Positions 49,901 through 63,980 of a DNA stretch of 64,000 bases are shown here, in pieces. A program made the position numbers and the translations under genes. The stretch lies in the NCBI GenBank assembly GCA_951406725.2, contig OX597815.1, positions 163,184,001-163,248,000 on the forward strand, written 5' to 3'. The notes under the pieces were generated by a model, which made no database searches, was not told where the DNA came from, and worked only from the letters and a program-made list of their open reading frames with translations. The stretch comes from Octopus vulgaris. Taxonomy: Eukaryota. The first letter of the stretch is position 1, and every line of letters starts with the position of its first letter.

Positions 49901-52526
49901 TAGATTTTATTACTCATACAATCACCTGTTTTCCTTCTCATTCCAGCCAACATTTTTCCTTATGACTCACTAAACATCACTTCTTATCTTTCTTCACAAT
50001 CTAGCCATTATTTTTACCAAATACCCCAGCACTCACATATGCATTACAGATTCCGAGCCAACAAGGAAAGCTTCTATCACGGCCAAATTTCCAACAAAAT
50101 GACACCCTATCATTTAAAATAAATAAATAAGAACAGGAGGGACAAAATGCGATCAAAACTGGAATGGTCTATCAAGTATGATTAACCTTGGGTTAAACAG
50201 CTACAACAGTTATGCTATAGATTATAGCATACACTAAAAAACTTACCCCTATTCTAACTTAAATAAAGAAACTGGAACTGAATGAGAAAGACAGAGATGA
50301 TAATTCTGTCTCAAGAGAAGTCTGTTGCTTTTCTAAGCAATTTTGTTTAAAATTCATGTCACTGATCTAGCGACATGCTTTTTTTTATTGTTATTATTAT
50401 TATTATTTACTTTATTTATTTATATATTCTTTTGTCTGTGTTAGTGTTGTTTTTATCTTTCTTTTGAGACTAATTCATCAGCCATTCCACATTCCGTGTG
50501 TTGTTTCAAACTAGCATAATTTCTAATGTGAAGTAGAGTGCCAGCTATCAGTTGCCAGAATTAGTTATGACGAAAGCAACAAAAGAAAGACACAAAACAA
50601 AATGGAAAAAAAATTGCATAAAAATACAAAGAAAAAAACAACACACATCTACATAAACACAGTAAAAATATTTTTTAAAAACAAAGAAAAACAAGCCAAG
50701 AATTCTGGAAAACAGTAATGACTTAAGAAAAAGGGAAGAAATATCATTTCACAGAGAAAGAAAAAAAATTAATTAGAAAACCGTCTTTTATTAGATTATG
50801 GTGAAATAAACAATGAATTTCATTTCTGAAGAAATCAAAAGAAAACTACAAGTGAATAATTGTAACAAAGACTATTTCAGTAAAATAAAAAAAATATATA
50901 TATAAAAAAACTAAAATACTAATATGGTGCAATGGGCTGACAACTCGGTGGCTGAACATTAAATTTTGAGAATATAATAAGCATGCCGCAAGTAGATTTT
51001 ACTGCTTAAAAGTAATTGAACTACCATAGAGAGGAAACCCTTTGGATTGTTGTAGTGTAAATGAGAATCTCTATAGCACTGGTTTGTCATCTTGGTCTTT
51101 ATTTCATGTGAGATAACAGGACTGATAATGGTAACTGCCTGTATCGGATTACATTTCTACCAACGTTACATGGCAGAATATAAGAACTTCCCAAATAAAC
51201 TGGCGCTAATATTTCGGCTAAACAACTCAAGGTAAAATAAATGACTCACAAAGGGATTTAAAATATCAAAGACCGAAAAACATAAGCCCTTCCCTTGATG
51301 TTTGACAGAAGAAAAACAAAAGAATGCTGACTAGAGATATTCTTTTGGAACTAACACATTCTTGTAAATAAACTGGCACGAGAGAGTGAGTCCCTTCACG
51401 TGCAAGAAATAGCAACCAAATCACACTCAAACTACACCTACCATTATGGAAAGGGAAGGAAACATCTGATATTGTAGTCTTAGATATGCAATGCATTAAC
51501 ACACAAAGGCTATGACTGCAACCGGTTTTACCATAATTAAGCTTAGTCATGGCTGACCTGGAACTAAACTCCAAGAATAAAATTATCTGAATTATGAGGT
51601 AGAATAGCTGTGAGGTTTAGGTTCTTGGTGTCAGACCACAATGTTATTAAGTTTGGCGTTACTACATTTCTTGTTCTGTGCCTCAGTAAGGCATCTAATT
51701 CTTACTGCTTACAAGGGGCTAAACATAGAGGGGACAAACAAGGACAGACAAAGGGATTAAGTCGACCTTGGTGGAATTTGAACTCAGAACGTAACGGCAG
51801 ACGAAATACCGCTAAGCATTTTTCCCAGCTCGCCGCCTCAAAAGTAAGGCATCTAATTCTATTGGTTTCAGTTTACCAGACAGAAGAAAAATCAGCTCTA
51901 CAGTCTACAGTACCCAGAAATAAAACTGGGTTTGCATAGGGCCAACTGCACTACCAAGAAAAAGGCAAAGTTACAGACACATTGCTGAAAATTCAAAACA
52001 AAAATGACCTGGGAGAGGGTGACAGCTCAGAGAAAGTGAAAAGGTTAAGTGAAAAATTATGGTACATCCTATCAAGACATACTTGTCTGCAAGTGGTGGC
52101 TGTGCAATTTTGTCTTTTTGTTTCCTGAGAATACTAGCAACATTAGACATTTTGGGTTGAATAGGACAATTTATGGTTGGCTTAATGCAGTTTAGAAGGA
52201 AGAACTGACAGGAAACACTTATTTATAAACTCAAGTATGATAGGTTGAGATAATTGTGGTGTAAATTGGTTTGCTGCGAGGAAAAAGACAAGACAAAAGT
52301 TTCAAGCAGAACTCTAAACGAATATTAATGTTTTGTGACGGTATCAGGTAGAGAGAGGGGAGGTTACGTGTTCAGTAGCAGTGAGAGAAGGGAGAAAATC
52401 AATGAGAACACTAGAAATTTTGAAAAAAACAAAGAAATAAGGGAGAGAAACAAAAAGAACTTGCTGAAGGAAATACAAGATGATTAACAAGAACATTCAC
52501 TGTAATAATATATAGTAATAAGTAGT

Positions 52527-52567
<41 letters not shown>

Positions 52568-53155
52568 GCACACACACACACATATATATGAGTTTGTAGG
52601 GATATATTATTCAGGTAGATACGGTGTTAGCTCTCTGTTTGGTCCTAGATACCAGCTAACCACAATGGTCAGTGTCCAATGCCAGTGCCTACAATGAGTT
52701 ATTAGTCACTGGTAAATTCTCCCATCGCGTAATTCTGTGTGTCCTACTCAGGACTGCATAAAGGTTCCTTAGAGAGTATAATAATAATAATGAGTATGGG
52801 GACTTGTACATTCATTATTTTTACTTTCAAAAAGTAGTTTGTTAATATGAAAAGTTTGGAAACCTCCCAGTCATAAATTTATGTCAACATCACCTTAATG
52901 ACAAAAATACAGAAGTATCTATGAAATTAGTTTTTAAACTTCTTGTGGTGATGGAATCCACCAGAATAAAATAGTAATCAAAGGGGTCCATAGATAAAAA
53001 AAAAAATGGTTGAGAAATACCTTAGTAATGCATTTCTTAAAATAATGTAAATTGAGGCTAAGACAGATCTAACAGTAATTGACAATGAATGTCACCTCTG
53101 GGTAATGGTAACATGAACCTTTCTATAAACAAATCAGTCTCATCAACTGGCAATA

Positions 53156-53200
<45 letters not shown>

Positions 53201-53849
53201 AAGGGACTCATTTACTTAATTCAATCCTGTAAATAACAAAGAAAATATTAAGAGATGAGAAGCAAGCCCAAGTAGTTGAGTGAATACATCAATATCAGTG
53301 CTATGTGCATAAGTGAGCATGCATACAAAGACATACCAGCATTTAGTGCACTATTAATATACAACACTGAGAAATGACAATGCATAATTTAAACTGGCTT
53401 GACTGTCAAATCAGAACCCTGTCCAATATTCCCACCGTCCCCATCGATCATTACTACAAAGCTAGATAAGAGCATCTGAACAGAGAATTACAAGCACTGA
53501 ATGTGTGTGTGTTGTTGTCATCGTTATCATTATTATTGTACATTTGCTGTTCCATGCATGCATGGGTCAGCTGGAATTTATTGGGGAAGATTTTCTACTC
53601 CCAAATGCCTTTCCTGTCACCAAACCTCATCAGTTTTCAAGCAAAGCAATGTTTTCCCATGGCCAGACAGGTTTTTTTATGGAAGACTGGACGTGAACAA
53701 TATTGCTTGTATAAGGGCAGGGGTTTGTTTGCAACCTTCACATGATGTCAAGACAAAGACACACACAACAGGCTTCTTTCAGTTTCTATCAACCAAGCTC
53801 ACTCAGACCATATAATTTCACAGTTAGGAAGGAATCTTCTTATTCTATA

Positions 53850-54220
53850 CTAGCAGTATCACCCAGCATTGCTCGGGTTTGTTTCGACCCTTTAGAATTG
53901 GAATTTTTGAATAGTAATTGTTATTCTCTTTAAGTGAACATTTTTCTGGTTGGAATACACTGAAAAATGGCAACACAGCAGTAAAAAAATCGTAAAAAAT
54001 AGGGATTTTTGTAGAAAAAAAGCACCTTTTTGATGTAAATAATTTTTGGTGTTAACATGGTCCGATTTGAATTTTTTCTTCTACGGAAGGAAGAGCAAAC
54101 CTTCTTCTATCATACTCTCAATTTTGGTCAACTTACGCTGCAGGGTCTTGGAGGAGATAGTGTTAGTTGAAGGCTACCAAACTTGCCACACACAGACAAC
54201 TTCAGCTTTATATATATAGA
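53850..54220 (-). mobile_element. Non-autonomous Helitron-like element, copy 2
   Basis: Minus strand TC(TA)n AAGCTGAAGTTG ... CCCGAGCAATGCTGGG hairpin .. CTAG|T. Confidence 0.85.
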
Positions 54221-54665
54221 GAAGAGATTGGTACAATAGAACTACTTATTTGATAAGTTACTTCCATACAAAAGGCTTCCGATCATTCACAGTTACTCAA
54301 CAACAACAACAACAACAACAACAAATACTACAACATCAACTACAACAACAAGATGCCTATAAAAAACAATGTAAAGATATAGTGAATATGAGCATGTAAA
54401 ATGCATTTGGTCGGGACAATTTCAGATTCCTAAATACACTTTCTACAATAAATAATACATAAGAATCTAACGACTGATTAACGACATAACAGTGAGTAAA
54501 ATATCTTCTATATACAGTGCAGGACTGGTTAAAGAAGTGACTGTTATTCAACGAACATTAAGGTCAGTTTGCCTAATATCTAAGTGTATTCGAAGGGTTT
54601 TGTCAGGTGGCTTTCCTTAACAGAAATGACAAAGGTGCAGTGCTATCCAATAAAATATATGTTAC

Positions 54666-54818
54666 CTGGACCCTAGGGAGTAATAAAATCCCTAGTGAAA
54701 GCTGATCGTTTACATTTTTGTTTTAAGTGTTTTGATAATATATAAATTTTGTTAACTGTTGTTGGTACAACTTCTGACGGCAAGTCAGTTTGACGGGGAC
54801 TAACGATATATTGGGCCG
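54666..54818 (-). other. Candidate non-coding exon (possibly pygopus 5'UTR)
   Basis: Acceptor TTTTTTTCTGTATTTAG| at 54819 and donor TCCAG|GTAAC at 54665; CpG-retaining unique sequence; all three frames contain stops. Confidence 0.4.
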
Positions 54819-55073
54819 CTAAATACAGAAAAAAATAAAAAGAAAAAAATAAATGATTATAACAATAAAAAAAATTCTAAAGGGGAAAAGTAACAAAAAG
54901 AGAAACATTATGCATACTGTTTCTTAAATTATGAAATTTATGTAAAAACAAATAAATCCCAGTCTCTCACCATACACATTCTCTCTCTCTCAAAAAAAAA
55001 AAAAGGAAAAAGAAAGGAAAAAAAGAAAAAGGAAAGGCAAGAAGTAGAATCCTACTTTTCTCTAAAAGAATCT

Positions 55074-55438
55074 ACTCTCTTTACTCTTTAACTTGTTTCA
55101 GTCATTTGACTGTGGCCATGCTGGAGCACCACCTTTAGTCGAGGAAATCGATCCCAGGACTTATTCTTTGTAAGCCTAGTACTTATTCTATCGGTCTCTT
55201 TTGCCGAACTGCTAAGTTACGGGGGACGTAAACACACCACCATCGGTTGTCAAGCGATGTTGGGGGACAAAGACACACAAACATACACATATATATATGA
55301 CGGGTTTCTTTCAGTTTCCATTTGGTCGGCCCGAGGCTATAGTAGAAGACACTTGCCCAAAGTGCCACGCAGTGGGACTGAACCCAGAACCATGTGGTTG
55401 GTAAGCAAGCTACTTACCACACAGCCACTCCTGCGCCT
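55074..55438 (-). mobile_element. Near full-length SINE family A
   Basis: Reverse-complement match including head and tail. Confidence 0.9.
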
Positions 55439-55670
55439 ATACTAATATTTCTTTCTAATTCTGATACAAAGCCAGCGATTTTGAGAGTAGGTGGGAGTCA
55501 GTTATACTGACCCTTGTACTCAACTAGTATTTATCTTATCAATCCTGAAAGGATGAAAGGCAAAGTCGACCTCAGTAGAATTTTAATTTTATCCAAATTC
55601 CATAGTCATTCCGTTAGCTCACTGTCTTAATCTGGAATATAATATGGAAGCATAACTACATATCTCTTAA

Positions 55671-56049
55671 TCTATATATATACAAAGCTGAAGTTGTCTG
55701 TGTGGCAGGTTTGGTAGCCTTCAACTAACACTATCTCCTCCGAGACCCTGTGGCTCAAGTTGACCAAAATTGAAAGTATGATAGAAGGTTTGCTCTTCAT
55801 TCCGTAGAAGAAAAAATTCAAATCAGACCATGTTAACACCAAAAATTATTTACATCAAAGAGGTGCTTTTTTTCTATGAAAATTCCTATTTTTTACGATT
55901 TTTTTTTACTGCTGTGTCGCCATTTTTTGGTGTATTTCAACCAGAAAAATGTTCACTTAAAGAGAATAACAAGTTACATAATGCAAAATTTTTACTTTTC
56001 AAAAATTCCAATTCTAAAGGGTCGAAACAAACCCGAGCAATACTGCTAG
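55671..56049 (+). mobile_element. Non-autonomous Helitron-like element, copy 3
   Basis: A|TC(TA)n start and CTAG|T end; 3' half of the subterminal hairpin deleted. Confidence 0.85.
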
Positions 56050-56263
56050 TAAATAAATAAGAATAAAAATCACCCCATTATTTGTAACAAAAAGTTGATC
56101 TAAAGTGTAATGAAGATAAATTTAAACAATTACTTAAGTGGGTTTTCTTGCAAGCCATCTATTACATGTAGATACATTTTCATCATTATCTACTAAAAGG
56201 TGTAAATTCTAAAACGCTATAACTATTATAGGTGACGTAGTTGCTCTACGGTTTTACAAGAGT

Positions 56264-56590
56264 GAAGGCATGTGGCTTAGTGGTTAGGGGTATTTGACTC
56301 ACAGCTGTAAGGTTGTGAGTTCAATCCCTGGCAATACGTGTCTTTGAGCAAGGCATTTTATTTCACATTGCTTCAGCCCATTTCCCTGCCAAAAATGAGT
56401 AGTATTTGTATTTCAACAGACCGGCCTTGTCACATTCTGTGTCATGCTGAATTCTCCCTCGACAACTACTACGTTAAGGGTATGCATGTCCGTGGAGTGC
56501 TCAGCCACTTGCACATTAATTTCATGAGCAGGCTGTTCCATTGATTGGATTAACTGGAAACCTTGTCACTGTAATCAATAAAGTGCCAGC
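56264..56590 (+). mobile_element. SINE family D, body type 2
   Basis: Homologous to 29968-30290. Confidence 0.82.
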
Positions 56591-57769
56591 AATGTTTTTC
56601 AAGGAAGCCTCTACAAGGTAGCTTGAACTGTTAGAAATAGTAGTCAAACCTCACTCTTCTATCTTAAAAAAGGCAGGATGACCTTGGATGGAATACTTAG
56701 GATTCATGGTATGAAATTCTAGTTAAAACAACCATTCAATTGAAAACTGATTGACCTGAGCAACTGGAACAGCAGACCCAATCTGGTTGATCCCAAATGA
56801 AAAATTCATAAGTGGGGGTGATTCTTGATTTTATCTCATTTAATTTGAGCAATTTTCAAAACTGCTCTAAGATTCTCAAGTTATTTTTCTACTTCCTTTT
56901 TACTAGTTTCTGCCACTGGATTGAGGTCATGCTGGGGCATCACTTTCAAGTTTATAATTGATTATAATGACTCCAGTTCTTAAACCATTCATGATGTAAT
57001 GTCCGGAGGCTGACTGAAATCTTGTGAGTGGATATGGTCAATGGAAACTAAAAGTAGCTCATTGTACATATATATATATATGCATGTGTCTTTTTTGTCC
57101 CCCACCACTGCTTGAGAACTGACGTTGGTGTGTTTATGTCCCTGTAACCTTAGTAGTTCAGCAAAACAAACCGATAAAATAAGTACTAGACTTAAAAAAA
57201 AAAAAGCTCTGTGGTTGATTTGTCTGACTAAAACCCTTCAAGACAATACTCCAGCATGGCCACAGTCAAATGGCTGAAACAAGTAAAAGGTATAGTACTT
57301 ATTTAATCTTGATTAAATGTAAAATGAAAACTAAATTTTTGTGTATTAAGGGATTAACTAGTATTTATTTTATTGATTTCAAGAGAATGAAAACTGAAGT
57401 TGACCTGATTGGGATCAAAACTCACAACTAAATATCACAAAGAAGTTTTGTCAGATCCTCTACATATTATGCCATCTATTCTATTTTTTTTTACTTTCTC
57501 AACACTATTTCCTACCATTGGTAACATCATTCTTTATATCATCTCATTTTTCACTGACCAAGTATAGCACAAAGATAGATAGGGGCTAGCTAGGTCAATG
57601 TTTGTTGCCTTCAGGATGAGAAACTCAGAAAACAAACTCATTTCATAATCACTGATAATCCTACAAGTGTTCTGTGCACTCCTAATCTTTATATTCACTA
57701 CCAACACTGTATCTTAGTTATCTATTAATTAACAGAGAACACGTCAAAAAAAGGGTAAATAATAATAAT

Positions 57770-58527
57770 CCTGTCAACTATAGGTGCAAGGCCGGAAATT
57801 CTGGGGGAGGAACAAGTCGATTACATCAACCCCAGTACTCAACTGGTACTTAATTTACTGACCCCCGAAAAGATGAAAGGCAAAGCTGAGCTTGGCAGAA
57901 TTTGAACCCAGAACAAAGTGGCAGACAAAATACCGCTCAGCATTTTGCCCAGCATGCCAGCTCACTGCCTTAATAATAATAACAATCCTTTCTACTAAAG
58001 GCACAAGGCCTGAAATTTGCAGAGTGGGAACTAGTCGATTTCATCGACCCCAGCATTTCACTGGTACTTAATTCATCGACCCCAAAAAGATGAAAGGCAA
58101 ACCTTGGTGGAATTTGAACTCAGAACGTAGCAATGGGAAAAATACTGCTAAGCATTTCATCCAGCATGCTAACAATTCAGCAAAGGCCGTGATACAGTAC
58201 TAGGTAGTGACTCTCATGGATTAACTGGTTGCAAGTGTTAACATGTATGTGTTTTGTCTTGATGTAAAAGATAGGCTACAGCAAATATTCTGCTCAATAC
58301 CACAGATCTTAACCAGCAGAACATGTCCCTTAATGGCTGACAAAATGTGCATCTCTGATCATGAGCAGTGTGTGTGTGTATGTATTGTGCCAGTGGCACA
58401 CTGAAAGTACCCAGCAAACACAGTAAGTGGTTGCCGTTAGGAAGGGCATCCAACTATAGAAACCAGGCCAAAAAATCAGCACTGGTCATACCAGCCAACC
58501 CATGCCAGCATGGAAAACAGACGTTAA

Positions 58528-58560
<33 letters not shown>

Positions 58561-59070
58561 GTATGTGTGTGTGTGATTTATACTTGTGTTTGTCTCCAAC
58601 TACCACTCGACAACTGGTGTTTTGTTTGCTTATGTCTACGTAACTAAGTGGTCTAGCAAAAAGGGAGATCAATAAGATAAGTACTAAGCTTTAAAAAACA
58701 TAAGTACTGGGAAGAGGGTCAGTTTGTATGACTAATGCTTTCAAGGCCATGGATCAGCATGGCTGCAAATCCAATGACTGAAACAAGTAAAAGATGAAGA
58801 TAAACAGAGAGAGGTTTTGAATATTGAATAGTTTTGAGAACAATATACACACATACTATAGTTGGCCTGGGGCTATAATCTTTTCTACTCTAGGCACAAG
58901 GCCCGAAATTTTGGAGGAGGGGGCCAGCCAATTAGATTGACCCAGTACGCAACTGGTACTTAATTTATCGACCCTGAAAGGATGAAAGGTAAAGTCAACT
59001 TCAGTAGAATTTGAACCCAAAACGTAAAGACGAATGAAATACTGCTAACGTTTCTGCCAGCTCGCAGCCT
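57770..59070 (-). mobile_element. Cluster of SINE C copies (57770-57970, 57985-58180, 58877-59070) with RTE and SINE A fragments
   Basis: Repeated GGCACAAGGCC.GAAATT..CGACCCC..GATGAAAGGCAAA..GAATTTGAAC blocks. Confidence 0.8.
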
Positions 59071-59675
59071 TTGGCCTGGGGCTATAATAGAAAACACTCT
59101 CCTAAGGTGCCACACAGGGGACTGAACCTGGAACCATGTGTTTAGGAAACAAACTTCTTACCACACAGCCACGCCTGCACTTGTAGAAATAAAATGTGCA
59201 GTGAGGGTCAATATATTGATCCATTTAACTGTTAAAAATTTGTTAATATAGGACATAAGTCCATGCCCCTGCTACTCAAGCAGTGTTAATGCAGACATGT
59301 AAAGACAAACAGACACATACACACACACACATATATACAAATAATAGACTTTGGTACCGTTCCCATCTACCAAATTACACTCACAAGGTATTAGTCAACT
59401 TGAGGTTAGAGTAGAAAACATTAACCCTGAGTACCATACAATGGAGTTGAACCCAAAACTATATGGTTATAAAGAGAACTTCTTAACCACACAGCCATAC
59501 CAGAGTTTAGTCCATCTAATCCATTTCAGTATCCGGATGGTAATTTATTTATCTTTGTTGTTGTTTAGCTGCAGGTCAGTTTTGATTGAGTAGATGCGTG
59601 ATGAAAGACATTCCAACAGTGACCATCCTGTATTTCATCTTTTTATTTCTTTATTACAGAAAAAAAAAAAAAAAG

Positions 59676-59988
59676 GTAAAGACCCTCTCTGGTCATGAAT
59701 AACCATGGGATTGCCCCTAGAAAGTTAGCCTCCAAGGAACAAGCCCAAGCAAGATTGTTTTGTGGAAGACCAGCAGTCACTCATGCAACTGATGTTATCC
59801 AAGGGAAAAGCAAAGGATGATACCACTTGGAACCAGTGATGTCACAACTCATATCTACAGCTGAGTGAACTGGAGCAACGTGAAATAAAGCGTATTGCTC
59901 AAGAACAAAACACACAATGCAATCTAAGAACTGAACTCACTGCCTCATGATTGTGTGGCCAACGCTCAAACCACTGAGACATGTGCTT
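59676..59988 (-). mobile_element. SINE family D, body type 1
   Basis: Reverse complement of 9339-9672. Confidence 0.82.
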
Positions 59989-61149
59989 TTTTTTTTTATT
60001 AGATATAGTATAGCTAAGATGCACTACATTGGATACACTATATCCAGTGTTTCTTTTCTCTTTTTTTTTTTTTTGCAGGATGAAAGACGAAACTTGAAGG
60101 AGATTTGGCAGCGATTTCTAGCAAATCAGTTGAGCTGTAGAGGCTCCCTTGTTACTTAGTCGTAATTTACTTTATATTAATGCTGGGGAACTACAGACAC
60201 AGACAGCTGAGGTAAACTTGAAACAGTTGACAAAGCTGAGTGAGAAACATTACCAGTATTTCCTGGTTTAGAGCCCCAAGAGCATTGTCTTTGTATTTTA
60301 TAAATTCACTGTTCTGTTTTATTAGAACCAATACAAGCTTGTAATCGTTTTAGTGGTGGCTAGCAGAGTTTTATTGAGATAATGAGAGCAGACATTACAG
60401 CACTTAAATGTCCAAAGTTGCTTGTCTTCTCTTTCAGTAGGAGATCCTATTGTCCAAAACAGAAGTTAAACCTGTAGTCAGGTGGTGTGTATTACTATAT
60501 ACTACCATTATATTAAGCATTGCTGTTTTTGAAAAGAACACCTTGAAACACCATTTTTGTTGTTCTTTAAACCTAACGAGGTCCTACTGAAGCAGGACTG
60601 TGGTGAAAGGCAATCAAACTATGACCATCCTGTCTTCTATTTTTCTTTCAAGGAAGAGTATATATTGTACTAAACTCTACAATGTGCAATTTTTTTTAAT
60701 GATAATATTTTGAAGATGTTCATTTTCTGGGAGGTCAGACATTTTTCAGTCTTATTCTGACCTCATCAGCTTTGACCATTATTTGCTGAAGTAATGATAA
60801 ATGAATCATTAAGTAACTATACATATTTTCGGTAAAGGGAAAGAGAACAATGTAGAAATTAAAGAAATCAAGAAACTATATTAGTCTGCTGCTATCTTTT
60901 ACAGTATGAAAAAAGTAAAAAAAGCCTTTGCAAAGAAAAGAAGCAATGAAATGATAAGGTAAATACAATTACAGAGATGGAGGAAAGCAAGGTGGCAAAG
61001 CAGGTGAAGTAAACAAAGTGATGACTGTACCTGTGAGTTGATTGGTGTGGGCGTTGCATTCTGAAGCTTAAGTGCTCTTTGATTCCGGACATCAGCTGAA
61101 AAATAATAATAATAATAATAATAATAACAATAACAACAACAATAATAAT

Positions 61150-61916
61150 GATGGTTTCAAATTTTGCCACAAGGGCAGCCATTTTGGAGGAGAGGATGAG
61201 TCGATTACATCAACCCCAGTGTTTTTACTGGTACTTAATTTATTGACCCCGAAAGAATGAAAGGCAAAGTTGACCTCGGTGGAATTTGAATTCAGAACGT
61301 TGAGGCAGACAAAATACAACTCAGCATTTCATCCGGTGTGCTAAAGATTCTGCCAGCTTGCTGCCTGATTATAATAATAATAATCCTTTCTACTATAGGC
61401 ACAAGGCCTGAAATTTGTAGGGAGAGAGTAAGTTGATCGCATTGACCACAGTACTTGTTTGGTACTTAATTTAGCGACCCTGAAAGGATGAAAGGCAAAG
61501 TCAACATCAGCAGAATATAAAGATGGTACTTATTTTATTGACCCAGAACATAAAGATGGTGCTGGCAGAAACTTTAGCACGCCGGGTGAAATGCGTAACC
61601 GTATTTCGTCTGTCGCTACGTTGTGAGTTCAAATTCCGCCGAGGTCGACTTTGCCTTTCATCCTTTCGGGGTCGATAAATTAAGTACCAGTTACGCACTG
61701 GGCTCGATGTAATCGACTTAATACCTATGTCTGTCCTTGTTTGTCCCCTCTGTGTTTAGCCCCTTGTGGGTAATAAAGAAATAGTTACTTATTTTATTGA
61801 CCCAGAAAGGATGAATGGCAAAGTCGACCTTGGTGGAATTTGAAATCAGAATGAAGTGATGGTTGAAATACCACTAAACATTTTGTCCAGTGTGCTAACA
61901 ATTCTGCCAGCTCACC
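61150..61916. mobile_element. SINE C cluster: a young plus-strand copy (61557-61783) among minus-strand copies
   Basis: CpG-intact plus copy flanked by inverted family C copies (61150-61365, 61383-61515, 61785-61916). Confidence 0.82.
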
Positions 61917-62253
61917 ATGATGATGATGATAATTTCTTTTATTTGCCACCAGGGCAAAGGATGATGGGCACATCAGACTAGGGTGTCAGATGAAGGGGAC
62001 ATTACAAAGACAGGTTACACAAAGAGTTGGCGTTTACACAGAAATCAACGAAGATAAAAAAGGAAATGTTATAAAAGACATACACAATAGACAAATAAAA
62101 ATGATATGGTCCCCACCACCAGATACAAGAAAAGTTGCCCCACAAAAAGCCAATCAAGGAACTCCACAGATCCAAGATCATCTTAGTCACCAAGGCTATG
62201 CATCTTCTCCCAAGTGATCATCAACATCATCATCATCCAGTGTTTTAAATCCA

Positions 62254-62910
62254 ATGGATGAAGATAGTTGTGTGAAAAAGTGCCACACCCTGGCAGTTGA
62301 GGGATCCTGTGGAAGAAGCAGACCCAGGAAAACCTGGGATAAGGTGGTGAAGCACGACCTTCGAACTTTAGGTCTCACTGAGGAAATGACGAGAGACCGA
62401 GACCTCTGGAAGTATGCTGTGCGTGAGAAGACCCGGCAGGACAAGTGAGACCATAACCCGTGGCCTTCTACACGAGATGTAGCCAGTCCACTTATGCATA
62501 CCTTCCCTTCTTGAGACACAAAACTCTACTTGTGAAGACCTGTTGAGGTAAGTCAGAATCAGAATCGAAATCGATCAGTGGAAATTGCAGCTGAGATACC
62601 AGTGCCGGTGGCACGTAAGAGAACCATCCGAACGTGGCCGTTGCCAGCGCCGCCCCGACTGGCCTTGTGCCGGTGGCACGTAAAAAGCACCATCCGTTTG
62701 TGGCCGTTTGCCAGATTTGTCTGGCACGTAAAAAGCACCCACTACACTCATGGAGTGGTTGGCGTTAGGAAGGGCATCCAGCCATAGAAACATTGCCAGA
62801 TCAGACTGGGCCTGGTGCAGCCTTCTGGCTTCCCAGACCCCAGTTGAACCGTCCAACCCATGCTAGCATGGAAAGCGGACGCTAAACAATGATGATGATG
62901 ATGATGATGA
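62254..62910 (+). mobile_element. 5'-truncated RTE-like LINE (ORF C-terminus, 3'UTR minisatellite, (GAT)n tail)
   Basis: CVKKCHTLAVEGSCGRSRPRKTWDKVVKHDLRTLGLTEEMTRDRDLWKYAV..* has the GRPRKTW/DRxxW RTE C-terminal motifs. Confidence 0.9.
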
Positions 62911-63904
62911 TTCTGTCCACGTCAACGAGGGTGGCCAGATCTACCTCAATGCCATAGCAATCAAGGTAGGCAGGTGCAGCCCATCCCAAACTTTGGGCTA
63001 GATGGTGCCCATTCTCCTCTGCTATCATGAAACTTTTTTGGAGCTGGATTTTCTATGGGAAGCATGCCCTTGCTTACCTCTAACTTCAGTTTCTAGACAT
63101 GAGTGGTCCTGAGACCAAGGTCTCTACCACGAATTTTAAGAAATGTGGTGGAAAACTAGCTCAGGAAGGCAGGGATGCTACTCCCTGAGACCCCTTTCGG
63201 AGCCTCGCTCCCAAGTATCATTCCTTAATCTACAAGAGCATGCTGAGAGAAGACATTCACTCCACCCATTTTGTGCCACTGTCATGTTCCCAAGCATTAT
63301 AGTAAAGGCAACCATCTCACACTGCTTTCTCTTCCTTTCCATGAAGAAACTTTAATAAGTCAACAAGGGCTTGACCAAATAGTGAAGTGTTTCTCAAGCT
63401 AAAACAACATGTTTTGCAAAGAACATTCAAAAAGGCAAACTTAGCAAATTTTGCAAAGTACAACACACACCAAACTCCCAAAACTTAAATCACTTACGCA
63501 CCATTACAGATCAATGAAAGATATTACACTTGAATACTGAGCTCTGTTTCTCCTATTAATACTATTAAATACACATACACACACTAATAACCTGTTGTCA
63601 GAACTCCTCTCTCTCTAGATTTTGGTTTCTGTCACTTTGTCTCCATTTCCTTCTTTCTGTCTGGGGTTCTTTATGGCCACTCATGTGTGCAATCTGTATT
63701 AACATACATATTCTGTATATATTGTGTTTTATATAAGGATTCATCACATGCCCATCTGTAAACACATATATGCACAAAATTCTTTCAGTTTCCATCTGCC
63801 AAATTCAGTCACAAGGTTTTAGTTAACACAGAGGTTACAGAAAAAAGATTTGATCAAGGTGACCTGAACCCAAGACCATATGGTTGGGAAGCAAGCTTCT
63901 TAAT

Positions 63905-63980
63905 CACACAACCACATAGTGGCCATGTTGTGGCACCACCTTCACACAACCACATAATGGCCATGTTGGGGCACCACCTT
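63905..63980. repeat. 38-bp tandem duplication at a SINE A junction
   Basis: CACACAACCACATA.TGGCCATGTTG.GGCACCACCTT occurs twice. Confidence 0.85.

Noticed and set aside
61930-63350. GC-richer segments (61930-62220, 62912-63350) as host exons
   Set aside because: Stops occur in the frames examined, and a minus-strand AATAAA/(ATC)n tail suggests decayed LINE sequence; family not assignable by eye.
1736-63795. Most ORFs in the supplied track (YIYI, HTHT, poly-I/L/M/H peptides, and recurrent 'FYVPPA' or '[10 protein letters not shown]' ORFs)
   Set aside because: They are translations of microsatellites and of SINE/LINE UTR copies, not genes.
63598-63795. Basic peptide MSGHKEPQTERRKWRQ as the Pygopus N-terminus/NLS
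   Set aside because: There is an in-frame stop before any donor and no convincing similarity to the KKRRK-type Pygo NLS.
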